From assembly GCF_009914755.1 (NCBI RefSeq), contig NC_060929.1: a stretch of 64,000 bases of DNA. One strand, 5' to 3'. Of the stretch, positions 55,493 through 64,000 are shown one piece after another. Numbering within the stretch: the stretch's first letter is position 1; each line of letters begins with the position of its first letter. The notes beneath the pieces are model-generated. The model ran no database searches. It had not been told where the DNA came from and saw only the letters and a program-made list of their open reading frames with translations. This DNA is from the human T2T-CHM13v2.0 reference genome, Homo sapiens. Made by a program: the position numbers and the translations under genes.

Positions 55493-56371
55493 AGTATGTC
55501 AATGTACATTTTGCCAGAAGGAGACTGGTTAGAGGTTTCATCAGAGTTCCAAAGAGGCCCTGACAAAGATAAGCTTCAGAATCACTGTTCTTGGAGGAAG
55601 TCTAAATGTACATTCTTGGTGGATCCACAGTATCTGCAATAGTTGCACTAATTTGAGTCATTCATTTAATTATTCATTTATTCATATATTCATTAAAGCC
55701 CTTACTCAGCACAAGGCATAGTGCCAGGCTCTGGGATGCATAGATGAGGGATACGTCATAGGCATCATTGTGTTCTTAAAGTAGGCATTGTTGCAGGGAG
55801 TATTGAGTGTAGGAATGTGCAAATGCATATGTGAATATAAATTAATGCAAGAATGCATGCAGGATAGCTGTGTATGCCATGCAGAGTGCACATTGCAGGA
55901 GAACGTCCAGCTGAGTGAGCAAGTGAGGACTGAAATGTAGCCTACACTTCAGCGACTAAGCCATGCTATGGGATGCTCAAAAAGGACACATTTCCTGGTA
56001 TGCGATGGCCTCCTAAGGGTTAGCAGAGGCTCTGGATAGACTCACACTTGAAGGAAAGGAACAGAGGGAAGGAAAGCAAGCCTGGGCCCTACTTGGGAAG
56101 AGTATCTAGACTAGGAGGGGAGAAGGGCAAATTCATTAATAATTTCTCTATTTCTACTTGGTAAATGCAATCACATTCACCTGGGCAGCAAAGAGCCACT
56201 CTACCCTGGGTGTGGAAAGTCCATGAAGGCTTGAGAGGGATGGAGAAGGATGGCTGAGTAGTTCTGATGGATGGATAAAGGCATTAGGATGGATGAAGAG
56301 GGTGAGGGCGTTCCAGGAAGGGGAAACAGTGTACACAGCCACATGGGGGTGGAAAATAACATGGAAAGTGA

Positions 56372-56980
56372 TGTAAAGTGCAGGAGTCCCCAAGAGCATT
56401 CCCACTTCTGACACCAACTACAATTCTGAGGGGTCCCTAGCTCCAAACCCAGGTTCAGTAATTTGCTAGATGGCCTCAGAGAATTCATTAAAAGCTATTG
56501 TGCTTATGGTTGTGGTTTGTTTCAGTAAAAGGATAGAGATTAAAATAAGCCAAGGGAAGAGGTGCATTGGGCAGGGTCCAAGAGAGTTCCAAGAACTACC
56601 TCCCACTTTCCTCTCCCAGTGGGGTCACGTGGACAGTGCCTACTTCTCCCAGAAATGATGTGCCACAATACACATGGGGAATTGCCAGCCGGGGAAGCTC
56701 AGCCAAGTCTTGATGTTCGGAGTTTGGAACTTAGTCATAAAGACATTTTTGGTCACCGACATGCCTGAGCTTAGTCTCCAACTCCTCCAGAGGTAGAGCT
56801 GATATTGCATGATCCAAAGCCCCTACTGTAAATTACATTATTAGTGTGGTCTATCTGGTATGGTTCAAAACCCTCAGGCAAACAAAGATAGTCTTATCAG
56901 GCAGGAAATTCCAAACACTTAATCACCTCCCAGGAGACCAAAGGCCAGATGCATCTCTTTGGGCAAACTTCCTTTACTGC
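56372..56980 (-). mobile_element. MER21/MER77-family LTR
   Basis: gtccccaagagcattcccacttctgacaccaac ... aaaggatagagattaaaataagccaagggaagaggtgcat. Confidence 0.65.
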
Positions 56981-57681
56981 CCAGTAAATAATCTTGCATT
57001 TTTGGAATACAGGCAGGAGTGGGGGGAAGGAGGTGGGAAGGGAGGAGGCTAATAAGACAAGTTGGATTGAGACTGCAAAGGGTCTTGCAAAAATGTAGGC
57101 TTCAGTAGCTGGAGAAGGAAGGAAAGGGAACTCTCCTCTGCAGACAAATATTTTCCATATATTATTTCCTTTGATTCTCAAATAAGCTGTTAAGCTCTCT
57201 GAAATTCAGAGATGTCAAATGATTGCCCAAAACTGGTCAAGCCAGGACTTGAGCTAAGTCCTATATGACCTCATAGTCTGTGTTTGACTAGCTACAACCA
57301 GCAAAATATGTTTATTGAGCACCTACTATGCCAGGCTCTGAGCTTGATGCTGGATAAACAATGGTAAATAAAATAGATACAGCCTGTGCAGTCCAGTGAG
57401 ATTAAGCAGCTAAACTTCAAATAGAATATCCTTATAAACTGTGATAAGTACAATAGCAGAGACTAATAGGGATACCTAATGTAGACTATGGTGGTCAGAG
57501 AAGGCCTGTTAGACAAAGTGGTGTCCAAACCAACACCCGCAGGGTGACTGGGGTCAAAGAAGATTCAGGGTGGTGGGTGGACAGCATTCATTCTAAGTTT
57601 CCTATGCCTCCCTGGTTCCAGCTCTGGAAGCAGAGACATCCCCACTCTAAAATAACCCAAGATGATAGAATCAGAAAAACC

Positions 57682-57956
57682 CTTTGGGAGGCCGAGGCGG
57701 GCAGCTCATGAGATCAGGAGATCGAGACCATCCTGGCTAACCCTGTCTCTAATAAAAATACAAAAAAATTAGCTGGGTGTGATGGTGGGCGCCTGTAGCC
57801 CCAGCTACTCGGGAGGCTAAGGCAGGAGAATGGCGTGAACCCAGGAGGTGGAGCTTGCAGAGAGCCAAGACTGCGCCACTGCACTCCAGGCTGGGCAACA
57901 CAGCAAGACTCCATCTCAAAAAAAAAAAAAAAAAAAAAAAAAGAAGAAAGAAAAAA
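57682..57956 (+). mobile_element. 5'-truncated AluY with a small internal deletion
   Basis: Starts ctttgggagg; Y diagnostics; TSD agaaaaacc (57673-57681, 57957-57965). Confidence 0.93.
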
Positions 57957-57971
57957 AGAAAAACCATCATC

Positions 57972-58365
57972 TTTAGACTGGATAAAGAAATGGCATATAC
58001 ACCAGGGAATACTATGCAGCCATAAAAAAGGATGAGTTCATGCCCTTTGCAGGGACATGGATGAAGCTGGAAACCATCATTCCCAGCAAACTATCACAAG
58101 AACAGAAAGCCAAACAACTCATGTTCTAACTCATAAGCAGGAGTTGAACAATGAGAACACATGGACACAGGAAGGGGAACATCACACACCGGGGCCTGTC
58201 GGGGGTGGGGGGCTAAAGGAGGGACAGCATTAGGACAAATACCTAATGTAGATGACGGATTGATGGGTGCAGCAAACCACCATGGCACGTGTATACCTAT
58301 GTCACAAACCTGCACATTCTGCACACGTATCCCAGAACTTAAAGTATAATTTAAAAAAAAAAGGA
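57972..58365 (+). mobile_element. L1PA6/7-like 3' fragment
   Basis: L1PA 3' UTR ending cccagaacttaaagtataat plus A tail; 15-bp TSD agaaaaaccatcatc (57957-57971, 58366-58380). Confidence 0.93.
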
Positions 58366-58589
58366 AGAAAAACCATCATCCAACAATTTCTAATGAAATC
58401 ATTGCTTCAGGGAAGTTTCGTCATTAAATATTAAAACTATTAGGTGAAGGTTGCTTGGGGACAGGCCAACGCTTCTGTTTCCAAGAGTCACTCCAGAGGC
58501 ACTTAACAAATTCAAAGAAGAAGAAGCACCTTTACCAGGAAGAGCTCTGACTAGCACTGCCTGCACCACATTAATGACCTGATAGCTGG

Positions 58590-59170
58590 GGCAGTGGCAT
58601 GATATGAAGATCATAGCATTGCCAGTGAAATCATCTTGCAAAAAGGTTTAATTTGAATCTATCTAATTATTAAGCCTTTATATTTAATCTCAAATTTATG
58701 AGAAAAATGAGGAATAGATTGGAATGAGGAAACAGATGGTCTCTTCAAAACCGTCAGTGTCATTTTTTTAAAGTGCGGGTAATGGTCTAAAATAAAAGAG
58801 ACTACAGAATAAAGGCATCAACACGGACTGCATCCTGGTTCAAATAAAACACAGCGAAAAAGACTTTGGGGGAATAATTGACTCTGGATATTAGATGCTA
58901 TTAGAGAATGAGTGTTAATTGTCCAGGTGTGATAACTATGTCATGATTATGGAGGGGATGTCATTTTTAGGAGATCCATGAGGAAGCCTTGATGGAAAAA
59001 GTGTCCTGGTATTTGCAACTGGCTTCCAAGTAGTTCATATACATTTTTTTAAATCTTAATTTTTAAAAATTAAAATTTTTAAAATTTTAGGTGTATAAGG
59101 TGATCACTGTATAAGGTGATCACTGCAATATGCAAATTTCTATATGTTTTAAATTTTTCATAATCAAAAA
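58590..59170 (+). mobile_element. Old L1M(C/E) 3' fragment
   Basis: gactctggatattagatgctattagagaatgagtgttaattgtccaggtgtgataac. Confidence 0.5.
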
Positions 59171-59877
59171 CTGATGGTGGGGGATAAAGCATTCAGATAG
59201 ACAGCATGCCTCATCCACCAATACCAGGACACCCTCCAAACATCCATCAGAGCCCTTCCTAAGGAATCATGTCTCTGGCTCGGCTGCTGCATCAGGAGGG
59301 ACTCCCATTCAGAGCTTGTCTTTGTTCCCATGCCTTGCTGACAGAGGACAGTGGCAGGCCACCCATGGGTAGACTGACCCCCAGGAAAGCACATCTATCT
59401 TCTCTTCTTGCCCGCCCTTCTCTGCTTTTCAGCCACTCTTTGGGCATCACAAAGAATTTAAATAAACCACTAGAGAATTCACTTCCCCTCCCCTCTGAGT
59501 CATTAGGTATAAATTAAATGAAACGTAAATAAGCTTCCCAAGTGGACCCTGCTGAGCAGGTTACTAATTCGATCCGATGAGTCAATGAGAAGCTGAAGCT
59601 TTTAAAGAAAAAGGAAAAGTTTATGCTTCATCCAAGGGAACTAAGGAGAAACTCTCTCTTTTTCCTGCTGGATATTAATGAAGAAGGATGCTGATCCAGG
59701 AACTTTTGACCACCATTCTGGCATCCACGACTGGGAAAAAGTCTGCCTAACTCTACTCTCTCCAGGAATAGTACTGACAAGCAGAGCATCCTCAGACGCG
59801 TGCTTCAGGTGAGCCTCAGATCTCACCATCTGGGAAACTAGTTGCCCCTGGACTGTTTAGCCAAATGACCCAGTGCA

Positions 59878-60293
<416 letters not shown>

Positions 60294-60719
60294 TAAAAAG
60301 TTCAAACCAGGACAGCAGAGAGTGACTCCACTGGTGTTGTTAGAGAAAGCAACTGCAGCCACTGTGAGCATATTAGAGAGACGGTTCTGAGACAGTCCCT
60401 AAATAATTCAGCCCACAGCCCTTCCTTATCTGCCCTACTCCCTCAGCCTTCTGCAAATATGCACTTCTAAAGAGACTCCCCACCACCTTTCAAAGCAGGC
60501 TTCTTTTCAAAGGTACTACACTCTGAATTTGGAAGCTAGATCAGGGACTTTGGAGGTGTCCATTAAGGGTTCAAGCCCACCAGCATAATGAGCCAGTGTC
60601 TCAATGGTCTAAGTCCCCTCTATTTTCTTCTCTGAATCTCCATCTCCTCTTCCCTCTTCCTCTCCTTCCCCTCCTACTGAGAAGCTGCTGTGAGGTGCTG
60701 GAAAGCATTTTGAATCTGC

Positions 60720-60830
60720 AGTCAGGTCTGTTAACCTTGAGCAAATCGTTTCACTTCTAAGATGCAGTTTACTCATCCCTAAAACGGGAATAAGAATACT
60801 CATCTCATAAAGTGGAAGTGAGGGTGACGC
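60720..60830 (+). mobile_element. MIR
   Basis: accttgagcaaatcgtttcacttctaagatgcagtttactcatccctaaaacgggaataa. Confidence 0.55.
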
Positions 60831-61939
60831 AAGATTTTAAAGAGAAGATGCCTGTCTTTGAGCCAGTGTCCTCAATCTTTTCTTCATTTCACACACTGGA
60901 ATCTGCTTCAGCTTGAGAGCTGCCAAGTCCTCAAAGCTGTCTGGGATTACCTTTTCCATAACTACCAAGCAAAGTAACCCAAGTCCCCATCCTATTGGAC
61001 CACAGGAAAGCCAGGCTCCTCTCAACCACTTCTCAGGGTTCGCAGGGAATGATCACCACTTATTCTCACCCAGAAGCACATCTCCCCACTTCTCCCCTCT
61101 GCGCCAGACGCATGGTGGCCCCTTCTCCCAGGTGTGGAGAACCCAGCCCCTCCTTCTTATGTGGGACAATGCACCAAGACAAGGCTGCTGCACTTTCAGT
61201 CTCTACTCAAGACTTGAGGATGTCACAGGCAAATTCCAAAGCAAAACCATAGAATTTATATCTTAGATTATTTATTTGATTAGCATACAAAACAGTATAT
61301 ATGGTTAAAGAGTGAAGCCTCCTTACACTCCAATTTCCTACCCCAAAAGGAATGACTGCTTTTAAGTTCCTTATGCATCTTCCCAGAGTTAGTCTATGGA
61401 TTTATAAGCATATGTTTTTCTCCAGAAAATCAACATTTGAACTTCAATATTAGGAACCAAGACTCTAAAGCCAAAGTGCAAGCCCCACAGCCATCTCTCT
61501 CCACAGCCTGGCCTGCTGCCACTTTTCCAGGGTCTTCTACTCAGAGCCAAGCCTCTTCCTCGTGCTGTTAATTACACAGCCACTTGGCTACAGCTGTCTG
61601 CCCTTGGCCCTCACCTGCTCCCTGAGAAAGCCCAAAGCCAGTTAAGGTTCAGCGCTGCTGCTTCTTCATCCCCAGAGCAGTCTAGTCTCACCCGCACTCC
61701 CCAAAAGCCTATGCAGGTGTCTTTCCACCAAAAGGGCAGCTCTGCTTCAGATGGATTATTCCCCGATCCCTCCAGTAGTTGATGCAGAACACAGCAGCTG
61801 GTAAAACAGCAACGCTTTTGTCAGATTTGTCCACCACATGGTGATTTTCTGTCTGATGAGCTCAGTGTCTGCTGAGACACTGCATTGCAAGGTCTCTCCC
61901 ATATACCCTGTTTTCTGCCAAGAGACAGAGCACGAGGGA

Positions 61940-62080
61940 TGCTCATCATCCTCAGGCAGCCAGGCAAGTAGCTATTACTAGGCCCACTTTGCAGATGAGC
62001 AAAGGAAGCTCTGAGAGGATGAATGACTTACCTGAAGCCACACGTCAGTACATGCATCGGGCCCTGGCTCCCAATCTGTG
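61940..62080 (-). mobile_element. MIR
   Basis: cccactttgcagatgagcaaaggaagctctgagaggatgaatgacttacctgaagccacac. Confidence 0.6.
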
Positions 62081-64000
62081 ATGGATCCGAGGATGGCACT
62101 GCCTCTCCAACAGCCCCAGCCCGCAGCACTGACTTCATCAGGTAATCAAAATTATTTTCTTACCCCCCAGCTAAGCAGCTTGAAGGTTGAGCCAAAAGAG
62201 GTCATAAAAAGTGCAGAGGTGATGTTGGAGGCAGGGGCACGAGGGTGTCCTGGGCTTGCAGCAGCACAAAGAAGAGATTCAAGGAAGCCAAAGCTTCCAA
62301 TAGTGCACTGGAGTGGGCAAGGGGCAGAGGCACTCTGAAAATGGGTACGGGTTGGCTCAGCATTTCCACAATCGAGTCTCAGCCCACCTCTCTGCCCTCA
62401 ACTCTCAATGCTCACATCCCTCCCTCAGCAGCTCTCTCTGCTGGGGACCCCAACACACACAGTCTGGGCCATTCTGCCAGCTTCCATGGCTTCCCCATGC
62501 AGAGTCATTTGTCTCTTCCACCTGACGCCATCTCTCTTGAGCGCCAAGCCTCCAAAACCCAGCTGAAGTCACCTTGTCTGTGAATCTCTCCATCACTCCC
62601 TTCTCACCACCTGCACCTGGGTCAGGAGACAGGGCATACGGGGAGGGATTCTCCTATTGCTAAGCCTAAAAAGAGGGCCAGAACAAGGGGAAAAAAACTT
62701 TATTTCAAGGCTAATATATGCAAATTGTAATCTAATCTCATCATTTCATAGTTAGCAGAGCATGACAACAAGGAGAGAACAATTATCATAATTAATCGTG
62801 AGGGAAATTGAACACGTTTTTGAATGCGAAGTTCTACCAATATTCAAAGGAAAATTCTTCTCAGATTCATCACATCTAAATGCAAGAGGGAACTCTGGGC
62901 ATTGAGTAGAGTAAATCCCCTTCTTGTTTTTATTATTGTCAACAATTTCTTACATTTGCAAGTGCAGTGTAATATCATACAACCAAATTTCCTTAAGCCC
63001 CGCGTGCCTGGGAGTATAAATGAGGCCACTGAGAACAGTACTCATTCCAGCTGCACCGTCTCACCGCCCCCCACCCCCCATGCCTGACTGGTGACAACCA
63101 GCCCCAGCTAAGTCCCTACCCCAGGTATTTCCAGAAGGCCCCAGAGGACTCCCCCTTGTGTTCATGTTCTAGCTCTATTCCTGCCAACTCGGTAGCCTCT
63201 CCATTATTCCACTAAACTCCCCAGTTCCATCTTGAAAAATCATCCTCTGAAGCCTTAGGTCCATTTCTCCACTAAGCAGCACTCTGCTCCTCCATATGCT
63301 CCATATAACAGGCTGCCAGTCTCCATATGCTCTGCTGAACCCAGGAATTCCCCTACCGCCTGCCCCATAGTCCTCCTTGGCTTGCCAGCACATAGCAGCC
63401 ATAAAGGCAATTGGCGGGACCCAGAGGTTCCCACTGGGGCTGTCCCATTGCTCTGCTTGCTTGTTGGGTGACCTTTCCCCGCTCCCACGCCACTTCCGGG
63501 TAACTGCAGCAGGAACACTGGCATCACTGCTGCTCTTCTAAACATGGCGTTGGGCCCAGGCCAGCTGCTGGCTCTGTCACTGCAGCTCTCTGGGATCCCT
63601 CTGCTCTGGAGCAGCGCCTTCCTCACTGGCCAGGTCAGGCTGCTGGCTCTCTAAAGGCATCCCAAACATGCTCTGGGTCAAGAGGTGCAGGAACGCATGG
63701 CAAAGTGGAGTAGAAGAATGGCTCTGTCTCCTCTTTGCATGGGAAGGGGAGCCTACCTAGAGCTGCCTGGGCCCCAAGGTCCATCATTGGCTGTGATAGC
63801 TCCATCTCCTTTTTTTCACTAGAGCACCTGCATTCTCTTGCTAGAATCCAGACTTAACTACCAGGCAGCTGGTCTGGGGCAGATGAAGTAGTAGATATCT
63901 GGCTGTCCCATCTACTTAAAAGCCTCACTGCCCTCTAATTACTTCAGGCTAGGCAATAACTTTGCCCACCCTCTGGGGGGTCAGTTCTCTGCAAGGGTCA

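Overview
Primate (human-like) genomic DNA that is repeat-rich and has no intact protein-coding gene I can support. The listed ORFs fall in decayed L1, Alu or LTR sequence or look like chance frames. Identifiable content: a processed pseudogene of ARL2BP (~2.3-4.6 kb), a near full-length degenerate L1PA16-like element (~5.6-11.1 kb), and many Alu, MIR, L2, L1M, MaLR/ERV LTR and Tigger/MER copies. The unusual signals are structural. (1) A nested locally templated rearrangement at 24.6-25.75 kb: an MST LTR carries a 186-bp copy of 30424-30609, which in turn carries a 99%-identical inverted copy of 22093-22696, creating a ~600-bp inverted repeat with a 2.1-kb spacer. (2) Several other local copy events: a 40-bp perfect inverted copy at 4627, a ~345-bp direct copy at 31179/33904 and a perfect 96-bp tandem duplication at 50065. 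(3) A 37-bp minisatellite (42991-44212), probably MIR-derived, with about 30 ACTAAC branch-point/QKI-type motifs on the + strand. It lies between a candidate TATA/Inr first exon ending in a perfect AG|GTAAGT donor (42056) and a strong acceptor (45094). Repeat subfamily names and the ARL2BP match come from recalled consensus sequences, not from a search, and boundaries of old repeats are approximate.
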